A stretch of DNA of 64,000 nucleotides from Calditrichia bacterium (GTDB lineage Bacteria; Calditrichota; Calditrichia; JAJRVZ01), in contig CAVZSQ010000021.1 of the NCBI GenBank assembly GCA_963777955.1, positions 122,621 through 186,620 of the forward strand, in the 5' to 3' direction. The notes below the pieces were generated by a model, which saw nothing but the letters and a program-made list of their open reading frames with translations, was not told where the DNA came from and ran no database searches. The position numbers and the translations under genes are program-made. This document shows, one piece after another, positions 54,254-63,737 of this stretch (the first letter of the stretch is position 1; each line of letters starts with the position of its first letter).

Positions 54254-55321
54254 ATGACACATTTTCCCAAAGCACATTCGCTCGTTATTCTTACAGCCCT
54301 GATCATAAGTATCAACGGCTGCAAGTCTCCTGAAAAAGAGATCGTTGAACGGGCCATCCCGGTACAACTTGCCGAAGTAAAGTATGAAAAAAGATCTTTA
54401 CCCATCCGGCGCAGCGGCATCCTTGCAGCTAAAACTGAATCGAAGTTAGCCTTTAAAGTAGGGGGTATTCTCGAAGACATCCGCGTTGATGAGGGACAGA
54501 CAGTGAAAAAGGATCAAATGCTGGCCAGCCTGGCTTTGAACGAAATGCAGGCCTATGTGGATCAGGCCCGCGGTGGATATGAAAAGGCCCAGCGGGACCT
54601 GGAACGGGTCATGCGGCTGTGGAATGATAAAGTAACCACATTGGAACAAAAACAGGATGCGGAAACCGGATTTCAAATTGCCCGGGCAAATTTAAATATC
54701 GCCGAATTCAACTTAAAACATGCCAGAATTTATGCCCCGGCTAATGGCAAGATTCTTAAAAGATTTGCCGAAAAAAATGAACTGGTTTCTGCCGGCCTGC
54801 CCATTTTTTATTTTTCCTCAGCCAGCAGCAAATGGGTGATGCGCCTGGGCGTGGCCGATAATGAAATCGTGACGATTCAAAAAGGGGATTCAGCCGCCAT
54901 ATCATTAGAGGCCTATCCCGCATTGAAATTATCGGGTGTTATAAGCGAGCTGGCTGAGACCAGCGATCCCCGCAACGGTACATTTGAAGTTGAAGTTGAA
55001 CTGCTTGATTTCCCGCCAAAACTTATCTCCGGGTTTGTGGGCCGGGTAGAAATCTTTCCGGCTGCTGACCATCATTTTTATATCATCCCTATCGACGCCC
55101 TGATGGAAGCCGAAGATAAACATGGATTTATCTATACGCTATTACCCGCCGGCAACCGGGTTAAAAAAATACCGGTCAGTATCGATCATTTTACCGATGA
55201 TTATGCAGTGATCTCCCCGTTGTCGTCGTCGTCGCCAGACTTGCAAAACATTTCCAGCGTCATTATTACCGGCAGTGCTTATCTGAGCGACAGTGCCCTG
55301 GTCAAGGTGATTACACAATAA
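54254..55321 (+). CDS. RND efflux periplasmic adaptor (lipoprotein)
   Basis: INGC lipobox-like, LAFKVGG..VDEGQ, IYAPANG. Confidence 0.92.
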   Translation: MTHFPKAHSLVILTALIISINGCKSPEKEIVERAIPVQLAEVKYEKRSLPIRRSGILAAKTESKLAFKVGGILEDIRVDEGQTVKKDQMLASLALNEMQAYVDQARGGYEKAQRDLERVMRLWNDKVTTLEQKQDAETGFQIARANLNIAEFNLKHARIYAPANGKILKRFAEKNELVSAGLPIFYFSSASSKWVMRLGVADNEIVTIQKGDSAAISLEAYPALKLSGVISELAETSDPRNGTFEVEVELLDFPPKLISGFVGRVEIFPAADHHFYIIPIDALMEAEDKHGFIYTLLPAGNRVKKIPVSIDHFTDDYAVISPLSSSSPDLQNISSVIITGSAYLSDSALVKVITQ

Positions 55322-55351
55322 ACCAAACCTAATCGAATCTGGAGAAGCCAC

Positions 55352-58300
55352 ATGCGCCTGGTTAAATCCGCCATTGAGAATCATCAGTTCACCATCGTTT
55401 TCGTCGTCCTGCTGATGGCCGTGGGCCTGTATTCCTTCCTGACCATGCCGCGCTCCGAAGATCCGCAGGTCACGCCGGCCGGCAGCAGTGTGATAGTGGT
55501 CCTGCCCGGAGCCACCCCTGCCGATATCGAAGAACTGATCATCGATCCGGTTGAAGAGGTTATTAATGAACTGGATGATATCAAGCATATCGATTCCCGG
55601 GCGGAAGACGGCCTGGGAGTGGTCGAAGTTGAGTTTCTCATCGGCAGTGATCCGGACGATAAATATTCCGATGTGGTTCAGAAGGTCAACAGCATCCGCA
55701 ATACCCTGCCGGATGAAATGCTAAGCCTGGACATTGTCAGGTGGAGCATCTCCGATGTAAATATCCTGCAATTAGCGCTGTACTCGGATAAGGCCAGCTA
55801 TGCTTCACTGGAAGAAGAAAGTGAACAGTTAAAAAAGTCGCTGGAAAAAGTTGCCGGTGTGCATAAGATCAGGACCTGGGCCTTTCCCGAACAGGAAATC
55901 CGCATTGCCGTTGATCTGGATGTCCTGGCCCAGTATCAGATTTCCCTGCCCGGGGTGATCAAGGCCATCCAGGGCTCAAATCAAACGATTCCTGCCGGGC
56001 GAGTGGACATCGGCAGCCGGCGTTTTAATATTCAAACCAATACAACTTTTAAATCCCTGGCCGATATAGAGAATACCATCCTGCAGTCCGGCGCTGGCAA
56101 GATATTGTACCTCAAAGATGTGGCCAGCGTATCGTTCACTTATGCAGACCAGCGCTATTATGCCTTATACCAGGATCATAAAGCCGTTCTGGTTACGGTA
56201 AGCCAGAAAGAAGGCACCAATATTTTTACTGTAATGAATGGCCTGCAGCAGAGAATCAAATCATTCAGCGCTGAACTGCCTGCTGACATTAAAATAACAT
56301 CCATATTCGATCAGTCGGCCAGTGTGGCTAACCGTCTGAATGGATTTTTTCTGAATCTGTTACAGGGTTTGATCCTGGTGGGGGCGGTCATCTTTGTCAG
56401 CATGGGTATACGGGAATCCTTGGTCGTCATGTCTATTATTCCGGTTTCGATTCTGATGGCCATCGGTGCTATAGATTTCAGTAATTTCGGACTGCAGCAG
56501 ATGACTATTTCCGGGCTGGTTATTGCCCTGGGGATGCTGGTGGATAATGCCATCGTCGTCACAGAAAATATATCCCGCCATATGCGGGAGGGCTATCAAC
56601 CACAGGAAGCAGCCATCCGCGCCACCGGGCAGATTGCCTGGGCGGTGACCAGTTCCACCATTACCACCGTGCTGGCCTTTATTCCCATGCTGATGATGCG
56701 GGACATGACCGGTGATTTCATACGCAGTATGCCGTTGACTGTGGTTTATGCTTTGATTGCTTCCCTGCTGGTCTCGGTTACGTTTACCCCGTTCCTGGCC
56801 AGTAAATATCTGCGGCCATCCTCTGCCGAACAGGACACCTGGTTTAAAAAGTGTCTTGATAAGTTTATTGTTACCAGATACAGAAAAATCCTTGATTATG
56901 CCCTCAATCACCCCCGGCAGATCCTGATCGGTGCTGTTACCGCTTTTATCATCAGTCTGGCCTTATTCCCTTTAGTGGGCGTCAGTTTCTTCCCCAAAGC
57001 GGAAAAACCACAGTTTATCATCAATATCAATACTCCCGAGGGCACAACTATCGAGCAGACTGAAAAAATAGCCAGGCAGGTTGAAGGCCGGTTGCAGCGG
57101 CATAAAGACATAAAATATTATTTAATAAATATCGGCCATGGCAATCCCAGGATTTACTATAATGTGATTCCGGAGAACAATAAGAGCAATCATGCTCAGT
57201 TGTTCATTCAAATGGATGAATATGATGCTGGACGATTCGATCTGCTGATCAACGATCTGCGCGCCGCTTATCAGGATATACCCGGAGCAAAAATTGAAGT
57301 AAAGGAATTTGAGCAGGGACCACCAATTGAGGCCCCGGTCGCCGTACGGATTATCGGTGAAAATATGGATATGTTGAAGCAATTGGCTGCTGAGACCCAC
57401 TCCATCATTGCGGCGACGGCCGGAACAATAAATCTTAACAATCCCCTGGGCACTACCAAAACCGATCTGCAGATCAGGATAAACAAAGACAAAACTGGTC
57501 TGCTGGGTATTCCCCTGTATGAGATTGATCAACTGATACGCAGCGCCGTGACCGGTTCAGCCATTTCAAAATTCCGTGATGCCGATGGTAAGGAATACGA
57601 TATCACCATCCGGTTGCCCGATCAGAATAAAATAGGTCTGCGGGACTTCAATAAGATCTTCATTCCCTCTTATACCGGTCAGTTGATACCATTACAGCAA
57701 ATCGCCGTTACCGAGTTCAAATCATCCCCGCTGGCCATCACCCATCATGATCTGGAGCGGACCGTGAGCATCACTGCCGATGTACGCAAGGGATACTCGG
57801 TCAACCAGGTCACCCGGCAGATTATCGCTCAACTCAATAAGTATCCCTGGCCCAAGGGGTACCGCTTCCACATCGGCGGAGAACTGGAGAGTCAGCAGGA
57901 ATCGTTCGGGGGTATGTTCCAGGCCACGCTGATCGCGGCCATTGGCATCTTCAGCATACTGGTTCTGCAATTCCGCTCATACCGCCAGCCGTTTATTGTC
58001 TATTCCGCCATTCCCCTGGCCATGATCGGTTCTATTCTGACCTTATTGATAACGCGTAATTCATTTTCGTTTACATCTTTTATCGGTCTGACCAGTTTAT
58101 TCGGTATTGTGGTAAACAATTCGATCCTGCTGGTGGATTACACCAATCAGTTGCGGCAGGATGGTATGGAAGTGATTCCTGCTTTAAAAAAGGCCAGTGA
58201 AACCCGGTTTTTGCCGATTTTTCTGACCACCACTACTACCATCGGAGGACTTTTGCCCCTGACCCTGGGGGGTGGAACTTTATGGGCACCCCTGGGCTGG

Positions 58301-58381
58301 ACTATCATAGGCGGATTGACGGTTTCGACTATTCTGACGCTGATCATTGTACCTGTACTATATAAACTGTATTCAAAATAA
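55352..58381 (+). CDS. RND efflux permease (AcrB/CusA superfamily)
   Basis: 1009 aa; GMLVDNAIVV, GIVVNNSILLVD, RFLPIFLT. Confidence 0.95.
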   Translation: MRLVKSAIENHQFTIVFVVLLMAVGLYSFLTMPRSEDPQVTPAGSSVIVVLPGATPADIEELIIDPVEEVINELDDIKHIDSRAEDGLGVVEVEFLIGSDPDDKYSDVVQKVNSIRNTLPDEMLSLDIVRWSISDVNILQLALYSDKASYASLEEESEQLKKSLEKVAGVHKIRTWAFPEQEIRIAVDLDVLAQYQISLPGVIKAIQGSNQTIPAGRVDIGSRRFNIQTNTTFKSLADIENTILQSGAGKILYLKDVASVSFTYADQRYYALYQDHKAVLVTVSQKEGTNIFTVMNGLQQRIKSFSAELPADIKITSIFDQSASVANRLNGFFLNLLQGLILVGAVIFVSMGIRESLVVMSIIPVSILMAIGAIDFSNFGLQQMTISGLVIALGMLVDNAIVVTENISRHMREGYQPQEAAIRATGQIAWAVTSSTITTVLAFIPMLMMRDMTGDFIRSMPLTVVYALIASLLVSVTFTPFLASKYLRPSSAEQDTWFKKCLDKFIVTRYRKILDYALNHPRQILIGAVTAFIISLALFPLVGVSFFPKAEKPQFIININTPEGTTIEQTEKIARQVEGRLQRHKDIKYYLINIGHGNPRIYYNVIPENNKSNHAQLFIQMDEYDAGRFDLLINDLRAAYQDIPGAKIEVKEFEQGPPIEAPVAVRIIGENMDMLKQLAAETHSIIAATAGTINLNNPLGTTKTDLQIRINKDKTGLLGIPLYEIDQLIRSAVTGSAISKFRDADGKEYDITIRLPDQNKIGLRDFNKIFIPSYTGQLIPLQQIAVTEFKSSPLAITHHDLERTVSITADVRKGYSVNQVTRQIIAQLNKYPWPKGYRFHIGGELESQQESFGGMFQATLIAAIGIFSILVLQFRSYRQPFIVYSAIPLAMIGSILTLLITRNSFSFTSFIGLTSLFGIVVNNSILLVDYTNQLRQDGMEVIPALKKASETRFLPIFLTTTTTIGGLLPLTLGGGTLWAPLGWTIIGGLTVSTILTLIIVPVLYKLYSK

Positions 58382-58409
58382 GTTTTTACCATTAAGGATT
58401 GAAATTAAA

Positions 58410-59839
58410 ATGAATCGAGTTATTATGTCTAAACAGGAGCAAGTTATGCCGGCACAAACATACAATGTCCCTCGCGGCCGAATCATTTTTGCCAGCATGA
58501 TCGGTACGACAATCGAGTTCTTCGATTTTTATATTTATGCAACCGCTGCGGTCTCCGTATTTCCGTTGCTCTTCTTCTCTGCCGTGGACGCCGGTGCAGC
58601 TTTGCTTGCTTCGATGGCGACCTTCGGTGTTGCCTTTGTGGCCCGTCCGATCGGTTCCATGCTTTTTGGACATTTTGGTGACCGCCTGGGTCGTAAAACG
58701 ACACTGGTAGGATCACTGCTTTTAATGGGACTAGCCACGTTTATGATCGGCTTGCTGCCGACCTATCAAGCTGTGGGATTGTTTGCACCTGTACTGCTGG
58801 CAATCCTGCGGTTCTGTCAGGGTCTGGCGCTTGGCGGTGAATGGTCAGGGGCTGCACTCCTCGCCACCGAGACAGCAGAGCGCGGTAAACGCGCGCGAGC
58901 CGCCATGTGGCCGCAGACTGGGTGCTCCGTTCGGATTTATACTCGCCAACGGTTTATTCCTGTTGCTGACGGTAGGATTCCGCTATGATTCGACATTCGC
59001 CAATCTTCAAAATACATTCCTTCTGTGGGGTTGGCGTATTCCATTCCTGTTCTCCATAGTCATGGTATTAATGGGCCTGTATGTGCGCCTCAAATTACAG
59101 GAAACACCGGTCTTTGCGCGTGCCTCCGAGCGCGGTGAAACACTTAAAGCCCCGCTGGTGCAGGTCTTCCGCCGCGACTTCAGGGAACTGCTGCTTGGTA
59201 CGTTCATCATGGTGGCAACCTACGGTTTGTTCTACCTGATGACCACCTGGATTCTTTCCTATGCCATCGGCCAGGTCCAGCTCGGATTTTTGGGTATTGG
59301 CTATCGTGATTTCCTGATCCTGCAACTCGTTTCGGTACTCTTCTTTGCCGCCCTTATCCCCGTGGCCGGATACCTGGCCGATCGTGTCGGGCGGCGTAAG
59401 TCTGTTGCTGGTGGTAACCGCCGTGATAATTATTTTTGGTTTGAGTTTCAGCCTGTTTCTTTCTCCCCAGACGATGGGCACCGGCCTGCAGGCCAACAAG
59501 ACTCTCATGCTGCTGTTCCTCAGTCTGGGCATGGTCCTGATGGGATTGAGTTTTGGACCGATGTCGGCGCTGCTGCCCGAACTTTTCCCTACCAATACCC
59601 GTTATACCGGTTCAGGTATATCTTACAACATGGCTTCCATACTGGGCGCTGCTTTAACGCCGTTCGCCGCCACCTGGCTGGCCCAAAATTACGGGGTTGG
59701 CTCCGTTGGTCTATACCTGTCGTTGCTGTCGTTACTTTCGCTGATCGCACTTTTCATCAGCAAAGAATCCATGCACACCGATCTGGACACCATGTCCGAA
59801 GAAACCGCAACCACGGGCATCGAATCCACTTCACCTTAG
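58410..59839 (+). CDS. MHS-family MFS transporter, ShiA/ProP-like (two frameshifts)
   Basis: GTTIEFFDFYIY, GHFGDRLGRK, GLALGGEWSGA, WGWRIPF, ELFPTNTRYTG. Confidence 0.9.
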
Positions 59840-59976
59840 GGACAAAATATTTATAGAAAAATAAATCTCCAAATTCAATCGCTAGTCCGTCAGGGACGAA
59901 ATATATCGTACCTGACGGCACGAAACAGGAGCGGGGCACACTGTTTTCTACAAATATTTAATCCCTGACGGGATTT
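59834..59976. repeat. REPIN/MITE-like four-hairpin element, copy B (inverted relative to A)
   Basis: CCTTAGGGACAAAATATTTATAGAAA ... GTCCGTCAGGGAC ... GTACCTGACGGCAC ... TCTACAAATATTTAATCCCTGACGGGATT. Confidence 0.85.
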
Positions 59977-60030
59977 GAATTAATTATCATCGTCTCCTGA
60001 TTCTACTACAAATCAACTCGCAGTTAAAAT

Positions 60031-60079
60031 ATTGACAAGTCAATTTTTCATTTGACATGGTTTATCCTCTGATTATATT
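60031..60079 (+). promoter_or_regulatory. Sigma70-like promoter with upstream palindrome
   Basis: ATTGAC-AA-GTCAAT at 60031-60044; TTGACA (60052) N16 TATATT (60074). Confidence 0.4.
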
Positions 60080-60369
60080 TATATAGTTAGTATTATATTA
60101 CTTTCAGTAATTTTCCGGATTATGACAATATTATCCAATTTTTTTAATACTAAATCAAGGGTATATGGAGTGTTATAACACATCTTAAGGCTGTTTTTAA
60201 ACATGGTCAAAGAATAATAAATACAGGAACTTCAAAAAGAACGATAGATTGCATATTTTCTAATTTTAATTAAATTTCTGAATGTTGAAAAAGCGTTCTC
60301 GTTCTACTTAATTATATGAAGTGGAAAATATTTGAGGAGAATTAATAAAAAATAGACTTGATTTTGAAG

Positions 60370-60520
60370 TTCGCGAATTCATGTTTGAGTCCGGCGGTAG
60401 CCGGACGAGTTTAAATTCGCGAAGGGCATTTTTGCCTGTTCCCCGCCTGCGCGGGGACAAGTTTTGGCCAGATAATTAAAGCTCGCCCCCGCGAAAGCGG
60501 GGGTAGGTCGCCGAAGGCGA
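60370..60520. repeat. Cluster of REP-like GC-rich hairpins
   Basis: TTCGCGAATT..GTCCGGC-GGTA-GCCGGAC..AATTCGCGAA; TCCCCGC-CTGC-GCGGGGA; CCCCCGC-GAAA-GCGGGGG; TCGCC-GAA-GGCGA. Confidence 0.75.
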
Positions 60521-60557
60521 AATTGTAAGATTTAACTGAATAAATATTAAGATTAAT

Positions 60558-60618
60558 TGCTATCAACAGTATCTACCGGACTTGCCTAAAGCAGGCCGGT
60601 TATGCCTGGTCGTCAGGC
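60558..60618 (+). mobile_element. Degenerate attC-like site 1
   Basis: TGCTATC-AACA-GTATCTA-CCGGAC-stem/loop-GCCGG-TTATGC-CTGGTC-GTCAGGC; unpaired C and A in the left arm. Confidence 0.55.
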
Positions 60619-60639
60619 AGCAACATAAAAAGGAAAAAT

Positions 60640-60843
60640 ATGAAAAACACATTATTGAATTCTGCTATATTTCTTGCAGCATCAATCTGCTATTTTATAG
60701 CAACAGTACTCACTATTCAAGAGGGCCAGGCATCCGGTTACCGGTTTTATCTGCAATTACTTAGTGGAGTGTTATTCTTTATCCTGGCTTGCGTAACGTT
60801 TATAAAAAGCAGATCAGAAAAGAAATCTGCCCAGGTAAAATAA
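60640..60843 (+). CDS. Small two-TM membrane protein
   Basis: 67 aa, AAGGA SD, two hydrophobic helices, basic tail. Confidence 0.7.
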   Translation: MKNTLLNSAIFLAASICYFIATVLTIQEGQASGYRFYLQLLSGVLFFILACVTFIKSRSEKKSAQVK

Positions 60844-61075
60844 ACTATATTCAGTGGACAATCCGGATTTTAGCGATTTAGATACTCTGACAGAACAAAA
60901 AGAGAGAGCGTCTTTGAAATTTATTAAGGAAGTTGAGAGCTTTTTATCTAGGTGACCGGGTCATTATAACGCTGAATATGGGAGGATAGAGACATGAGTA
61001 TTGTGGCTGTTATCAGGCCGTTGAATACTTTATACAAATGGACAAGAAAATCTACAACTATATAAATAAATTATT

Positions 61076-61143
61076 TTCTAATAACAACCTCAACCGGACC
61101 TGTCTGGCGCAAGGCAGACGCCGCTTAGGCCTGGTTGTCAGGT
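61076..61143 (+). mobile_element. Degenerate attC-like site 2
   Basis: TTCTAAT-AACA-ACCTCAA-CCGGAC-stem/loop-GCCGC-TTAGGC-CTGGTT-GTCAGGT; same layout as site 1. Confidence 0.55.
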
Positions 61144-61154
61144 TTACAGTATAA

Positions 61155-61898
61155 ATGAAGATAAAAGAGATCCATTCCAAAACTATTCTCTCCGCCTCGC
61201 AGGTTTACGATTACGTCATCAATCCCTATGTCGGCTGCCAGCATGCCTGTTCATATTGTTATGCCAGATTCATGAAGAGATTTACCGGACATACAGAACC
61301 GTGGGGCGATTTTATCGATGTAAAGATAAACGCCTCCGAATTACTGCAAAAAGAGATAAAAAGGAAAAAGAAAGGTGACGTCTGGATCAGCGGGGTATGC
61401 GATCCTTATCAACCCCTGGAAAAAAAATATGAATTGACCCGAAAATGCCTGGAAATACTGGTGCAGAATAACTGGCCGGTGATCATTCAGACTCGTTCCC
61501 CGCTGGTCCTGCGGGATCTGGATATACTAAAGCAAGCGGAATCTATGGAAGTCGGGTTGTCGATCACTACCGCGAATGACGAAATCAGGAAAATATTTGA
61601 ACCCTATGCGCCGCCTATACCAGAGCGGTTAAAAACCATCGGGACAATACACCGGAACGGCATCAGGACTTACGTGATGATCGCCCCGATCCTTCCGGAA
61701 GCGGAGAATCTGGTTGATGTCCTGGCCGGAAAGGTTGATTATATCCTCATCGATCGTATGAATTATCACCATGCCGACAGGATTTACAATAAACTTGGCT
61801 GGAACGATAAAAATACTGATGACTATTTTAGCAGAACAAGCCGCAAGATTGCAGATGAGTGCAGGAAACTGGGAATAGACTGCAAATCAACTTATTAA
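61155..61898 (+). CDS. Radical SAM protein, SplB/Rv2578c-like (COG1533)
   Basis: INPYVGCQHACSYCYA, DPYQPLE, LVLRDLD. Confidence 0.9.
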   Translation: MKIKEIHSKTILSASQVYDYVINPYVGCQHACSYCYARFMKRFTGHTEPWGDFIDVKINASELLQKEIKRKKKGDVWISGVCDPYQPLEKKYELTRKCLEILVQNNWPVIIQTRSPLVLRDLDILKQAESMEVGLSITTANDEIRKIFEPYAPPIPERLKTIGTIHRNGIRTYVMIAPILPEAENLVDVLAGKVDYILIDRMNYHHADRIYNKLGWNDKNTDDYFSRTSRKIADECRKLGIDCKSTY

Positions 61899-62141
61899 AT
61901 TTTACTGCTTATATTAGAATAGTCTCCTTATTAATTATAAATAGTTATTATTGGATTATGTAATTTTATATCAAATCAGATAAATCAAGGCGGCTACGTG
62001 GCCAGGCACGGCTTAAAGAACGGCTGGGAATGAAAAACAGCGAGGCGGAAAAGTCAATACGTCTGATGTGAAATCAAAGGCAAAGATTTTAAAAACAATA
62101 TTCACGGACTTAGCCTTAAAGACTAATATTAATTTAGATTA

Positions 62142-62266
62142 AATGCTCCGAAGGAGTATTATATTCTAGCCCCATGTTTCAACATGGGGTAAATGCGACC
62201 ATTAGTAGGAATAGTAGTATATTACAGCCGATAAATCCCATAGGGATTTTGTGATAGTAGCCCAGC
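62142..62266. repeat. REP-like element with the same architecture as 52937-53023
   Basis: AATGCTCC-GAA-GGAGTATT, then TAGCCCCATGTT-TC-AACATGGGG; AAATCCC-ATA-GGGATTT followed by TAGCCC. Confidence 0.7.
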
Positions 62267-62416
62267 TTAAAACAATTTTGTGAAAATATCAGGAAGGATT
62301 GTATCATTTGAAGCGGACGGCGATCTACTCGCATGAATTGTAGATTTTGTGGTAAATGGTTAGCCGCCACTGAAATGTCCCATTAGTTGCGCGCAGCGCG
62401 CAAAAGAGAAAAAGAT

Positions 62417-63265
62417 ATGTATTTCCCTAAAGGCTATAATACTGAACTCGCCTTAGAACTTGGCAGCTCTGATCGTTCATGCGTATAATCAGTTCGACAG
62501 CTGGGAAGATAAAGTCGATTGGGCTTTTCCCGAAGAATATGAATTAATCTGTGCATTAACCTATAAGTGGAAAATTTTTAACGCAATTGATAAAAACAGC
62601 AAATTCGAAAATTATTTAAAGAAAATATCTTTATTCGGCAGTAAGAATGAAATTGAAATTCCTATCGGTTTTATCGCCCGGAAAAGAAAAAACATATACA
62701 TCATTTTCAGGGGTACACAAACAGTCAAAGAATGGATCAATAATTTTCATACCAAATTAAATAAGTACATTATCGAAGGTTTTGGCCAGGTGCATGATGG
62801 TTTTCATGATGTGTACAACGATATCAGGATAAAACTGATAGCAGAATTAAAGAAGACTGAAAAGTCGAGGCACATATTTATTGCCGGCCATAGCCTGGGT
62901 GGGCTTTTGCCACCCTGGCTCTGCCGGATATCGAGATCAATACCGGCAAGAAAATTACGGCGCTTTATACTTTCGGATCCCCGCGCATCGGAGACGCTGA
63001 ATTTGCCAAGACCTTTAATTCATCGTTTGCCGCCAGATCGTTCAGAATAGATAATTCGTCGGATATCGTAACAGATATACCTTTCCCCATTCCGATCGCC
63101 GGAATTGTCGGAGACTACTTCTCGCATGTGGATACAGCGGTTACCTGCAACGAACAGCTTCATGATATGGAAGATAATCACGATATGAAAACCTATCTTG
63201 GTTCATTGGAGAAAAATAGGCGATCAAATATATTCCTCTGGTTGAAAACAAAAATATTTTTCTGA
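62417..63265 (+). CDS. Class 3 lipase family protein (frameshifts near 62460 and 62905)
   Basis: FRGT..EW, VHDGF, GHSLGG nucleophile elbow; the other frame gives YTFGSPRIGD, DIV..P, ending TGA 63265. Confidence 0.85.
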
Positions 63266-63266
63266 G

Positions 63267-63698
63267 ATGAGAGAAATTATTACACATATTGAAATAAACA
63301 CATCCGCCCGGCGGGTCTGGCAGATACTTACTGACTTTGAGAGCTACCCGGATTGGAATCCTTTCATCCTGAGCATAAGCGGAGAACCGCAAGCAGGCAG
63401 CAGGTTGAAAGTATTTATTAAACCGCCGGGATCGCCTGGAATGACTTTTAAACCCGTTGTGCTCAATGCCGAGTCAAATCTGGAACTGCGCTGGTTGGGG
63501 CATTTGCTTATTCCGGGGCTATTCGACGGAGAACATTGCTTCCTGATTAAACCGGTTAGTGAAAACAGAGTGATTTTTACCCAAGCCGAGAAGTTTACAG
63601 GATTACTGGTTCCGCTGTTATGGGGGAGTCTGGATAAAAACACGAGAGAAGGTTTTAACCGGATGAATGCGGCATTGAAGAGGCTGGCCGAAAGTTAA
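63267..63698 (+). CDS. SRPBCC/polyketide cyclase domain protein
   Basis: VWQILTDFESYPDWNPF, LRWLG, FNRMNAALK. Confidence 0.9.
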   Translation: MREIITHIEINTSARRVWQILTDFESYPDWNPFILSISGEPQAGSRLKVFIKPPGSPGMTFKPVVLNAESNLELRWLGHLLIPGLFDGEHCFLIKPVSENRVIFTQAEKFTGLLVPLLWGSLDKNTREGFNRMNAALKRLAES

Positions 63699-63737
63699 AA
63701 TCCCAATTAGATCAGATCAGCGGACTTAACATAACGA

